From contig JAZRUV010000013.1 of NCBI GenBank assembly GCA_045652705.1, forward strand, positions 2,478 to 66,477: a stretch of 64,000 nucleotides of DNA. Direction: 5' to 3'. Below, in pieces: positions 31,713 to 40,208 of the stretch. A model generated the notes under the pieces. The model saw only the letters and a list, made by a program, of their open reading frames with translations, was not told the DNA's origin and searched no databases. The stretch's first letter is position 1. The number at the start of each line of letters is the position of its first letter. The position numbers were made by a program, and so were the translations under genes. The DNA is from Clostridia bacterium. Lineage in GTDB: Bacteria; Bacillota; Clostridia; TANB77; CAG-465.

Positions 31713-32771
31713 TTGAATAAAAGATTTGTATTTTTTTATGCCTTTATTTGTATGTTGTTACTAGGAGTTTCAATATATGTTGCAAATATTTTGGACAAGG
31801 CACAGACAGAAGAACAAGAGGCGCAACAAAACAAACAAGAAATAGTTCAAATAAAAAAATATATTGAAGATAATAAAATAAAAGAGAATATAAAGGTAAA
31901 GATAACGAGCACAGGTGAGATTAAAGAGCTTACAGTAAACGAGTATTTAAAAGGAGTACTACCGTCAGAAATGCCACCTGAGTATGGCATGGAAGCATTA
32001 AAAGCACAGGCTGTGGTTGCAAGAACATATTTATATCAAAAGATAACAGCAGGTGGACATGGTGATGCAGATATTTGTGACAGCGCTTCTCATTGTCAAG
32101 CATATTATAGCACAGATAGGATACTTGAGATATGGGAAAAGAGTAAAGGTTGGGATAAGGAAACTAGAGATATACATGCAAAAAAAGTGGCAGCCGCGGT
32201 AGAGGAAACGGAAAATATAGCAGTTACATATAAAGATAAATATATAAGAGCATATTTTCATGCGTGTAGTGGTGGTAAGACAGAAAACGTATCTAACATA
32301 TGGGGTAAACAAAACATTCCTTATCTTGTTTCCGTAGAAAGCTTAGGAGAGGAAGATTATAAGAACTATAGCAGTAAAGTAAAACTTAATGTGAGCGAGC
32401 TACAAGCAAAATTAAATGATGAACAAAGTATAAAATGTAATATTAATGTGGATAGGGGGGATATAGTTAAGATTTTAAGTTATACAGATACGGGTAGAGT
32501 GGATAAAGTTGAAATTGGCGAAGTGATATATACAGCTGAAAAATTAAGAACATTACTTGGATTAAGGTCAACCAATTTTAATGTAGAATATGAAAATGGT
32601 GAGGTTATATTTAAGGTAATAGGTAACGGACACGGTGTGGGTATGAGTCAAGTTGGTGCAAACTATTATTCAAAACAAGGCTATACTTTTGATAAAATAA
32701 TTACACATTATTACACAGGAGTAGATGTTACATATATAAATAGGGGGGATAAAACAAATGAAACTAAATAA
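31713..32771 (+). CDS. spoIID: stage II sporulation protein D (SpoIID/LytB domain)
   Basis: EALKAQAVVARTY, YFHACSGGKTEN, GHGVGMSQVGA. TTG start. Confidence 0.88.
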   Translation: MNKRFVFFYAFICMLLLGVSIYVANILDKAQTEEQEAQQNKQEIVQIKKYIEDNKIKENIKVKITSTGEIKELTVNEYLKGVLPSEMPPEYGMEALKAQAVVARTYLYQKITAGGHGDADICDSASHCQAYYSTDRILEIWEKSKGWDKETRDIHAKKVAAAVEETENIAVTYKDKYIRAYFHACSGGKTENVSNIWGKQNIPYLVSVESLGEEDYKNYSSKVKLNVSELQAKLNDEQSIKCNINVDRGDIVKILSYTDTGRVDKVEIGEVIYTAEKLRTLLGLRSTNFNVEYENGEVIFKVIGNGHGVGMSQVGANYYSKQGYTFDKIITHYYTGVDVTYINRGDKTNETK

Positions 32772-33513
32772 ACAAAAGATAGAAGAAATAAAACAAAAGA
32801 TGAAAAATATTAAAGATAAAATGACTAGAGATAAAATAGAAAAGGTACCAAAGAAATATTATACACTTCTTATACTAATGTTAATGCTAGGTATGGTAAC
32901 CTTAATAAATAATATAAAACAATATAATGAAATAAGGAGTGAAGATTATATAGAGTATAATTTGAACGACCAAACTGTAGATTCAAATGATGTAGATATA
33001 GTAAATTATATAACAGACCAAAGTAGTATAAGTACAACCATATCTAATATGGATGAGGCGATTGAAACATTAGCCTCAAATGTAAGTAAAGGGGGACCTG
33101 CAAAAGAAAGAAAATATATTATGCCTATAGATGGTGAAATTATAAAAGAATATGCTACAGAGAAATTGGTGTATTCAGAAACGTTAGGTATGTGGAAGAC
33201 ACATCCTGGTATAGACATAAAAGCAAATTTAAATGATAATGTAAAATCTGTAAGTAATGGTATGGTACAAGTAGTAGAAAAAGATAGTTTTTATGGAAAT
33301 GTAGTAAAAATAACAGATAATGCAGGATATACATTTGTATATAGTAATTTAGATAATCTAATACTTGTAAAACAAGGCGATAGTGTAGAACAAGGAGATA
33401 TGATAGGAACAGTAGGTGTATCGGCCACAGGAGAACTTGCTGACACAACACACCTTCACTTCGAAGTTATGAAAGACGAAACGCATGTTAATCCGTTAGA
33501 TTTAATAAACTAG
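32758..33513 (+). CDS. spoIIQ: membrane-anchored M23/LytM protein, SpoIIQ-like by position
   Basis: N-terminal TM YYTLLILMLMLGMVTLI. LytM domain with HPGIDIKA and HLHFEV. Lies between spoIID and spoIIID, as reported for C. difficile spoIIQ. Confidence 0.55.
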   Translation: MKLNKQKIEEIKQKMKNIKDKMTRDKIEKVPKKYYTLLILMLMLGMVTLINNIKQYNEIRSEDYIEYNLNDQTVDSNDVDIVNYITDQSSISTTISNMDEAIETLASNVSKGGPAKERKYIMPIDGEIIKEYATEKLVYSETLGMWKTHPGIDIKANLNDNVKSVSNGMVQVVEKDSFYGNVVKITDNAGYTFVYSNLDNLILVKQGDSVEQGDMIGTVGVSATGELADTTHLHFEVMKDETHVNPLDLIN

Positions 33514-33563
33514 GGAATAATTTGGAATTCGTTGAATATGATAATAGTAACGAGGTGATAATT

Positions 33564-33821
33564 GTGTTTGAAAACGATATAGAAGAAAGAGTGAAAGCCT
33601 TAGCAAGTTACATTATAGAGACAGGAAGTACCGTAAGGGCTGCAGCAACTAAATTTAACGTATCTAAGTCGACTGTGCACAAAGATATATCTGAACGACT
33701 TGAAAAAATAAATCCAGCATTATGGAAAGAGGCAAAACAAGTGTTAGAGCATAATAAAGAGGAAAGACATATACGTGGAGGAATGGCAACTAAAATAAAA
33801 TATGAAAGTAAAAGAGCATAA
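33564..33821 (+). CDS. spoIIID: stage III sporulation transcriptional regulator SpoIIID
   Basis: IEERVKALASYIIETGSTVRAAATKFNVSKSTVHKDISERL..INP....EAKQVLEHNKEERHIRGGMATK aligns along its whole length with B. subtilis SpoIIID. GTG at 33564 follows GAGGTGATAATT. The track start at 33522 adds 14 unsupported residues. Confidence 0.85.
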   Translation: MFENDIEERVKALASYIIETGSTVRAAATKFNVSKSTVHKDISERLEKINPALWKEAKQVLEHNKEERHIRGGMATKIKYESKRA

Positions 33822-33924
33822 ATAATAGGCAGGTAACCGTATAGGTGGCTTGCCTATTGACATAAGTGATATAATATTAGCAAGCAAATACTAAAACTAA
33901 TTAATAATTTAAGGAGTAAAATTT

Positions 33925-34527
33925 ATGGAAAATCGGATTAAAATTAATGAAAGAACTTCGGTTGGTATTGAAACAAGTAAAGGCCGAACATGCATAAAAG
34001 TATATGACATGGTAAATGGCATCACAGTACTTTCAGATATAGAAACGGACCAATATTTTACTAGCGAGTTTAAATATAACGAGTATTATATTATTGCGTA
34101 TTCTAAGGGGTGTATGGCAAATCAAATCCCATTAAGTATTGATGGAGCATATAGCATTAAGGAGAGAAGAAAGTTAGAATTGTCTCCGAAACTGAGCCAA
34201 TTATTAGAGAACATGTTGCTTAGCAAAAGGTGTTTTGGATTAGAACACGTATTAGAAGCAATTAATGTTGCTTATTTACACTTGATAGACCTTGAGGACA
34301 CAGACCTGTTGCCTAACTATTTATGTGCAGAAAATGCTAACGTTACTAACGCCGAGTGTGCAGAGTATATATTGCAGTGTTATCCTCAGCTTAAGCCCTA
34401 TACAAACCTTGATGTACCGCTTTCTGTTGTTAAATACAAAGAAATACAAAAGAAGTTAAGAAGAACAAGGTTTTACTTATTAAGTATGCCTCAAGAACTG
34501 TTGGATTTGCCTGGTATAATTGCATAA
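33925..34527 (+). CDS. hypothetical protein, 200 aa (ORFan islet)
   Basis: AAGGAGTAAAATTT RBS, own AGTGATATAAT -10 box (33865-33875) and own terminator. No family recognised. Confidence 0.55.
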   Translation: MENRIKINERTSVGIETSKGRTCIKVYDMVNGITVLSDIETDQYFTSEFKYNEYYIIAYSKGCMANQIPLSIDGAYSIKERRKLELSPKLSQLLENMLLSKRCFGLEHVLEAINVAYLHLIDLEDTDLLPNYLCAENANVTNAECAEYILQCYPQLKPYTNLDVPLSVVKYKEIQKKLRRTRFYLLSMPQELLDLPGIIA

Positions 34528-34567
34528 ACAAACTAAGAAAGAAATATAAAAGAATTCATAATATTTT

Positions 34568-34606
34568 AATAATCGCATCTCAAATTTTGAGGTGCGATTA
34601 TTTTTG
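34568..34606 (+). terminator. rho-independent terminator
   Basis: AATAATCGCATCTCAAA / TTTGAGGTGCGATTATT stem followed by T5. Confidence 0.8.
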
Positions 34607-34690
34607 CCCAAATACTACTTTATTCTACAATTCTATTGCAAATGAAACAAAAATGTAATATAATTGTCACATAAAGAAAGGGGAAGGCAT

Positions 34691-35707
34691 ATGACATTTG
34701 GACAAGATATAGGCATAGATTTAGGAACAGCAACAATACTTGTACACGTTAAAGGTAAAGGCATAACTTTAAGAGAACCTGCTGTTGTAGCAATAGATAA
34801 AAATACAAATGAAGTGTTGGCTGTTGGACAAAATGCAAGAAAAATGTTAGGCCGTACTCCTGGAAATATAGTGGCAATAAGACCTATGAAAGATGGTGTT
34901 ATTTCAGATTATACAGTAACAGAAAAGATGCTTAAATATTTTATTTCTAAAGTATCAGATAGGTCTATAATATCGCCAAGAATCATGATATGTGTTCCTT
35001 CTGGTGTAACAGAAGTAGAGAAAAAAGCCGTAATAGATGCAGCAAATCACGCTGGAGCAAGAAAAGTTTATCTTATAGAAGAACCAATTGCAGCGGCAAT
35101 TGGTGCAGGAATAGATATTACTAAACCATACGGTACTATGATAGTAGATATTGGCGGTGGAACTACAGATATTGCAGTAATTGCTCTTGGTGGGGCTGTT
35201 AGAAGCACATCAATTAAAGTGGCTGGAGATAAATTTGATGAAGCTATTATAAAATATATAAAGAAACATCACAGTATAATAATTGGAGAAAGAACAGCTG
35301 AAGAAATAAAGATAAATATAGGTTGCGTTTATCCAAGAACAACAACTGAAAAAATGAGTATAAAAGGAAGACACCTAGTATCTGGCTTACCAGTTGAGAT
35401 AGAGGTTACCTCAGATGAAATGCTAGAAGCTTTATCTGATTCTGCAAATCAAATAATAGAAGCAATACACGGAGTTTTGGAGATAACTCCTCCTGAACTT
35501 TCAGCAGATATAAGTGACAGAGGAATATACATAACTGGCGGAGGAGGTTTAATTTACGGATTAGACAAGTTGATAGAAGAGAGAACTGGCATTCCGGTTA
35601 TGGTGGCAGAAGATGCAGTTTCGTGTGTTGCTATGGGAACAGGGAAAGCATTAAATCATATAGAATTATTAGAAACAGGAAATACAATAAAAATTAAGAA
35701 GTTTTAG
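34691..35707 (+). CDS. mreB: rod-shape-determining protein MreB/Mbl
   Basis: DIGIDLGTATILV, EPIAAAIGAG, VDIGGGTTD, actin-fold motifs. ATG at 34691 follows AAGGGGAAGG. Confidence 0.92.
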   Translation: MTFGQDIGIDLGTATILVHVKGKGITLREPAVVAIDKNTNEVLAVGQNARKMLGRTPGNIVAIRPMKDGVISDYTVTEKMLKYFISKVSDRSIISPRIMICVPSGVTEVEKKAVIDAANHAGARKVYLIEEPIAAAIGAGIDITKPYGTMIVDIGGGTTDIAVIALGGAVRSTSIKVAGDKFDEAIIKYIKKHHSIIIGERTAEEIKINIGCVYPRTTTEKMSIKGRHLVSGLPVEIEVTSDEMLEALSDSANQIIEAIHGVLEITPPELSADISDRGIYITGGGGLIYGLDKLIEERTGIPVMVAEDAVSCVAMGTGKALNHIELLETGNTIKIKKF

Positions 35708-35842
35708 TTTTGAACTGAAACTTCATTTTTATAATAATATAACAATATATTCCATTGACTTTTTAAAATTGTAATTGTATAATGTACTCAAATTAAACTT
35801 TAAAGTTTAACAATTGATAAACTTATGAAAAGGGGTTATAGC

Positions 35843-36385
35843 ATGTTTTGTAATGGAAGAAAGCGGAGTGTTATTTTTTCGAAACAGCGGTATCACGAAC
35901 AGGTACAACTGTATCTGCAGTATCACGGATTTGAAATTGTACAAAGAATATATAACGGATCATTAAACGCACACGAGTTGACAGAACAAGCAGTTAGGGA
36001 AACTTTGGTTGGAAATTATCCTATTGCAGGATGGGTAGAGAAAGATAATATTATAGAACAGTTCGTTACATTGCTCGGAGAAGTAGGATATTCATTTGAG
36101 AAGAATGACCAAGGTAAATATTGTTTCAAAGATGAAAATATATATGGCGCTATTGTAAAAAATCATATGAATTTTAGTGGTTGCCGAATATTAGAAGCAC
36201 TTTCGGATTGTTGTTATAAAAATGATGGAAGAATTACATATTTTGAAGCGAAAGTTATATTGGGAGCAGGATATCCTAAAGCACCATTTGTAAATAAGTC
36301 AGATATCAGAGCTTGCATAATTTTGTTTTTGAAGGAAACGGGTATCCCTTTCAAATTTGATGATTCGTATTTATATTTTCCATAA
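35843..36385 (+). CDS. hypothetical protein, about 180 aa (ORFan islet)
   Basis: ATG at 35843 follows AAAGGGG. The alternative ATG at 35825 has no RBS. Own terminator. No family recognised. Confidence 0.5.
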   Translation: MFCNGRKRSVIFSKQRYHEQVQLYLQYHGFEIVQRIYNGSLNAHELTEQAVRETLVGNYPIAGWVEKDNIIEQFVTLLGEVGYSFEKNDQGKYCFKDENIYGAIVKNHMNFSGCRILEALSDCCYKNDGRITYFEAKVILGAGYPKAPFVNKSDIRACIILFLKETGIPFKFDDSYLYFP

Positions 36386-36390
36386 AATAT

Positions 36391-36420
36391 GAGGCTAGCA
36401 TTAATTTGCTAGCCTCTTTA
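36391..36420 (+). terminator. rho-independent terminator
   Basis: GAGGCTAGCA-ttaatt-TGCTAGCCTC followed by TTTA. Confidence 0.75.
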
Positions 36421-36475
36421 CTGTTGAGAAATTTGTATATTTATGATAAAATATATAATGTAAGGATGTGGAACA

Positions 36476-37708
36476 ATGAAAAAAATGGAATTATTAGCTC
36501 CAGCAGGAAGTTTAGAAAAAGCAAAAGTTGCCTTTTTATATGGTGCTGATGCAGTATATGCCGGAACAGCGAAATTATCTTTAAGAAGTAGAGCTGAAAT
36601 GGATTCTGATGATTTAGAAGACACAATAAAATATGCGCATAGTATAGGGAAAAAAGTATATGTTGCAATGAATATATATGCGTATGATGAAGATTATGAA
36701 GAAATACGCAAAGATGTAAAAAGGTTAAGCGATATTAAAGCTGATGCTATTATTGCAAGCGATCCTGGGGTTATGGCAGTGATTAGAGAAGTTGCACCAG
36801 ATATGGAAATACATATTAGTACTCAAGCAAATATTACAAGTTTACAAAGTGCAAAGTTTTGGTATGAAACAGGAGCAAAAAGAGTAATCTTAGCACGTGA
36901 ATTATCTAAAGATAGAATAGAATATATAATGAAAAACAAACCTGAGGATTTAGAAGTAGAGATGTTTATACACGGTGCAATTTGTTATGCATATTCTGGT
37001 AGGTGTTATTTAAGTCAATATCTTTCAGATAGAGGAGCAAATTGCGGTGACTGCAGTCAACCTTGTAGATGGCAATACAAATTAACAGCAGAAGAAGTAA
37101 ATAAACCGGGTAGTGTTATAAACATAGATTATGACGAAAAAGGTACATATATATTTTCTTCTAAGGATTTGTGTTTGCTTAAACAAATACCAGTGCTAGC
37201 AGAAATGGGAATGGACAGCTTAAAAGTTGAAGGAAGATTAAAGACAGACTATTATCTAGCAACAATAATTAGAGCATATAGAAAGGCTATAGATGATTAC
37301 TATAAAAATCCTGAAGTTTGGGATTATATGAATTATCTTCCTGAGGTAGAGAAAGTAAAGACAAGAGGGCTTTCAGAATTTTATTTCATTGATCCTAAAA
37401 ATCAAGGTATTCATGATTTCGATGGATTTAGTGAGAACTTAAAATATGAGTATGGCGCAAGAGTAAGAGAAGTATTAGAAGATGATTTGTATTTAGTAGA
37501 AATAAGAAACAAATTATCTATAGGAGATACTTTAGATGTTATGATACCAGGTACCATAGATACAAATGAGTTTGTAATAGAAGAACTATATGATGTAAAT
37601 ACTAAAGAAAGAATAGAATGTGTAAATCCTGGTGTTAAAGGGCAATCAGTTATAATAAAAGTTCCATATAAAATGGAAAAAGATTATGTCATAAGGAGAA
37701 AGAAATAG
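36476..37708 (+). CDS. peptidase U32 family protein
   Basis: MELLAPAGSLEKAKVAFLYGADAVY..., E..FIHGA.C.AYSGRC.LS, the Cys cluster typical of U32/RlhA-like proteins. Confidence 0.85.
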   Translation: MKKMELLAPAGSLEKAKVAFLYGADAVYAGTAKLSLRSRAEMDSDDLEDTIKYAHSIGKKVYVAMNIYAYDEDYEEIRKDVKRLSDIKADAIIASDPGVMAVIREVAPDMEIHISTQANITSLQSAKFWYETGAKRVILARELSKDRIEYIMKNKPEDLEVEMFIHGAICYAYSGRCYLSQYLSDRGANCGDCSQPCRWQYKLTAEEVNKPGSVINIDYDEKGTYIFSSKDLCLLKQIPVLAEMGMDSLKVEGRLKTDYYLATIIRAYRKAIDDYYKNPEVWDYMNYLPEVEKVKTRGLSEFYFIDPKNQGIHDFDGFSENLKYEYGARVREVLEDDLYLVEIRNKLSIGDTLDVMIPGTIDTNEFVIEELYDVNTKERIECVNPGVKGQSVIIKVPYKMEKDYVIRRKK

Positions 37709-38388
37709 TGGAGGAAATTTATAACAGAACAAGACTTGTTATAGGTGATGAAAATTTACAAAAAATAAAAAATGCAAATGTATGTATATGCGGAATAGGT
37801 GGTGTTGGCTCGTATACGCTTGAAGCTCTAGCAAGAATAGGTGTGGGCAAAATCACAATAATAGATAAGGATAATGTGGATATAACAAACATAAATAGGC
37901 AATTAATTGCAACTGTGGATAATGTGGGCAAAGCAAAAGTAGAAGAGGCTAAAAAGAGAATAACATCAATTAACCCGGACATACAAATTACAGCTATAAA
38001 AGACAATATAGATAGTTCGAATGTAAGTAAGTACATAACACAAGATTTAGATTATGTTGTAGATGCAATAGATAGTGTAGATTCTAAAATAGCTATAATA
38101 AAAGAATGTAAAGCAAAAGATATAAAAATAATATCTAGCATGGGTATGGCGAATAGACTTGAACCACTACAAATTAGAGTAGCAGATATAGCTAAAACAG
38201 AAGTATGTCCGCTAGCTAAAGTAGTTAGAAAGAGATTAAAAGATGAAAGAATACACAAGGTAAAAGTTGTATTTAGCACCGAAAATGCCATAAAGACAGG
38301 TAGTAAAGAACTAGGTAGTGTGTCTTTCGTTCCATCTACAGCAGGACTTATTATAGCATCAGAAGTTATAAAGGAAATAATATCGTAA
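37708..38388 (+). CDS. tcdA: tRNA threonylcarbamoyladenosine dehydratase (ThiF/E1-like)
   Basis: VCICGIGGVGSYTLEALARIGVGKITIIDKDNVDITNINRQ. Start overlaps the upstream stop. Confidence 0.8.
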   Translation: MEEIYNRTRLVIGDENLQKIKNANVCICGIGGVGSYTLEALARIGVGKITIIDKDNVDITNINRQLIATVDNVGKAKVEEAKKRITSINPDIQITAIKDNIDSSNVSKYITQDLDYVVDAIDSVDSKIAIIKECKAKDIKIISSMGMANRLEPLQIRVADIAKTEVCPLAKVVRKRLKDERIHKVKVVFSTENAIKTGSKELGSVSFVPSTAGLIIASEVIKEIIS

Positions 38389-38441
38389 ATAATAGAAAAA
38401 AAGTAAACGTTATTAATTATAAATGAAAAATAATATAAAAT

Positions 38442-38469
38442 AAAAGGATGGGTTTAACTCATCCTTTTG
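38442..38469 (+). terminator. rho-independent terminator
   Basis: AAAAGGATG-ggtttaact-CATCCTTTT. Confidence 0.7.
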
Positions 38470-38591
38470 CTGTGGAAATTATATTTTCAAAATCTTATAG
38501 ATTTTGAGTACGATATTAAAATTTCGTACATGTATATAATACCACTTTTTACTGTCGAAGTTTGTCGAAACGTGAAATGTCCGCTAAAAAA

Positions 38592-38795
38592 TTAAAATCT
38601 TTCTATTTGTTGTACATTATCATATTCATATGAAGCACAAGCAGTATCTTTTAAAGCATCTTTTGTTTTATCGTATGAACAGTTACAAACAAATATTTCA
38701 TCTAACATACAAGTAGAATCTTGTATACAATTATGTGTGCATTCTGCTACATCACATTTTATTTTTTGTCCGCCTTTAACTTGTTTCTTTTCCAT
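38592..38795 (-). CDS. DUF1540 domain protein (Cys-rich, sporulation-associated family)
   Basis: KCDVAECTHNC..STC....I.VC.C pattern. GAGGTGAAATATA RBS (rc). Confidence 0.65.
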   Translation of the reverse strand: MEKKQVKGGQKIKCDVAECTHNCIQDSTCMLDEIFVCNCSYDKTKDALKDTACASYEYDNVQQIERF

Positions 38796-38917
38796 TATAT
38801 TTCACCTCTAGTTATATTATCCCAATATATACTAAACTTATACAATAAAAAATAGGATTTGCGTGACAGGCAATAATATTTATATAAAACATAAAAATGT
38901 ATAAGCGAGGTGTTTTT

Positions 38918-39613
38918 ATGATTTTAGAAATGTTGTCTAACATTTTATCTTACGTTTTTTTACTTTTTGGTTATATTTCTTCAGAAAATTTATTTCCAGA
39001 ACCTCTTAGTAAAAGCGAAGAAGAATATTTGTTAAAAAAACATTTTAATGGAGATAAAAAAGCAAGACATAAATTAATAGAGCATAATTTAAGATTAGTA
39101 GCGCATATTGCCAAAAAATATGCAGCAAATACGCAAGATAACGAGGAATATATTTCTATTGGAACTATTGGTTTAATAAAAGGCATAGATAGTTTTAGTG
39201 AAGATAAAGGATTTAAATTATCTACATATTGTAGTAGGTGTGTTGAAAATGAAATATTAATGCATCTAAGGAGTAGTAAAAAAACAAGTTCAGATGTATC
39301 TATGAATAGTGTAATTGGTACAGATAAAGACGGAAATGATATGGAACTAATAGATATTATAGAGCAAGAAGGTGTTGATCCAATAGATAATATATACAAT
39401 AAAGTTGTTACTAAAGAAATGTTAAAGTACATAAAAGAAGAACTTAGTGATAGAGAAAAGAAAGTTATACAGATGAGATATGGTTTAAATGGTGAGGAAG
39501 AAAGAACCCAACAAGAGGTGGCGGACACATTAAATATTTCTAGGTCATATGTTTCTAGAATTGAAACAAAAATACAAAAGAAATTAGGTAAGTTTATTCA
39601 GGTAGATAAGTGA
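38918..39613 (+). CDS. sigK: RNA polymerase sporulation sigma factor pro-sigma-K (uninterrupted)
   Basis: Hydrophobic pro-sequence, then FPEPLSKSEEEYLL...ARHKLIEHNLRLVAHIAKKY...ISIGTIGLIKGIDSF...ENEILMHLRS, which matches SigK better than SigE. The region 4 HTH is present. Confidence 0.85.
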   Translation: MILEMLSNILSYVFLLFGYISSENLFPEPLSKSEEEYLLKKHFNGDKKARHKLIEHNLRLVAHIAKKYAANTQDNEEYISIGTIGLIKGIDSFSEDKGFKLSTYCSRCVENEILMHLRSSKKTSSDVSMNSVIGTDKDGNDMELIDIIEQEGVDPIDNIYNKVVTKEMLKYIKEELSDREKKVIQMRYGLNGEEERTQQEVADTLNISRSYVSRIETKIQKKLGKFIQVDK

Positions 39614-39693
39614 AGTTGAAAATGTGTAAATAGTGTGTTATAATAATTATGTCGAATTTATTGACTCAAGAATAATTTCTAGGAGGAATCCAG

Positions 39694-39996
39694 ATGGAAG
39701 GAACAATACAAATTAACAATTGTGGAGTATATACTAAAGTTTCGAAAAATTGGTTGTGTGGAAGACTCTTGAAAGATAGTGCGAAGTATTATAGGAAGGA
39801 TTTTAAGAGCTATCCAACAATGTTTACTGCTGAGGTAGATATGCTTATTTCTAAGCTACAGGATGCTACCACAATACAAATATATCAAACAGGTGTTGTA
39901 AGACTCTTTTTTGAGTGTGGACATTTTGAAGAAAGACATGCGATATATTTGAGGGACTTGTCAAAAGGAACACTGAAAATGTTAAAGAGCATATAA
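39694..39996 (+). CDS. hypothetical protein, 100 aa (ORFan islet)
   Basis: AGGAGGAATCCAG RBS and own terminator. No family recognised. Confidence 0.5.
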   Translation: MEGTIQINNCGVYTKVSKNWLCGRLLKDSAKYYRKDFKSYPTMFTAEVDMLISKLQDATTIQIYQTGVVRLFFECGHFEERHAIYLRDLSKGTLKMLKSI

Positions 39997-40010
39997 GTAA
40001 AATGTTAAAA

Positions 40011-40050
40011 AATACAAAGACAGCTAATTTTAGCTGTCTTTGTATTTTAT
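40011..40050 (+). terminator. rho-independent terminator
   Basis: 16-bp perfect stem AATACAAAGACAGCTA / TAGCTGTCTTTGTATT followed by a T-run. Confidence 0.85.
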
Positions 40051-40070
40051 ATAATTTTTTGAGCATAACA

Positions 40071-40098
40071 TTTACAACAAAAATACTTGTGATATAAT
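40071..40098 (+). promoter_or_regulatory. sigmaA-type promoter of tRNA-Thr
   Basis: TTTACA at 40071-40076, 16-nt spacer, TGTGATATAAT at 40088-40098. The tRNA starts 11 nt later. Confidence 0.6.
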
Positions 40099-40108
40099 AT
40101 ACATAAGT

Positions 40109-40184
40109 GCTTCCATAGCTCAGTAGGCAGAGCGCATCCTTGGTAGGGATGAGGCCACCAGTTCGACTCTGGTTGGAAGCTCCA
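40109..40184 (+). tRNA. tRNA-Thr (anticodon GGU), CCA encoded
   Basis: Hand-folded cloverleaf. Acceptor GCTTCCA/TGGAAGC, D arm GCTC-AGTAGGCA-GAGC, anticodon arm CATCC-TTGGTAG-GGATG, T arm ACCAG-TTCGACT-CTGGT, then T-CCA. Confidence 0.9.
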
Positions 40185-40208
40185 AATTGTAGTAAAGGAG
40201 AATTGTTT

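Noticed and set aside
33522-33563. 14-codon extension of SpoIIID.
   Set aside because: Alignment to B. subtilis SpoIIID begins near the GTG at 33564, which is preceded by GAGGTG. The upstream TTG has no RBS.
38796-38917. Attempted to assign SigE/SigK-type promoter boxes and SpoIIID sites upstream of sigK.
   Set aside because: Candidate CATA/ATACA-like boxes are present, but their spacing to plausible -35 elements does not fit the consensus. The evidence is too weak to report.
38918-39613. Looked for a skin-like intervening element in sigK.
   Set aside because: The ORF is continuous from the pro-sequence through region 4. There is no recombinase gene or interruption in this window.
40140-40208. 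N-terminal extension of the 40209 gene proposed by the ORF track.
   Set aside because: The extension starts inside the tRNA-Thr cloverleaf. A proper RBS (AAAGGAG) precedes the GTG at 40209.
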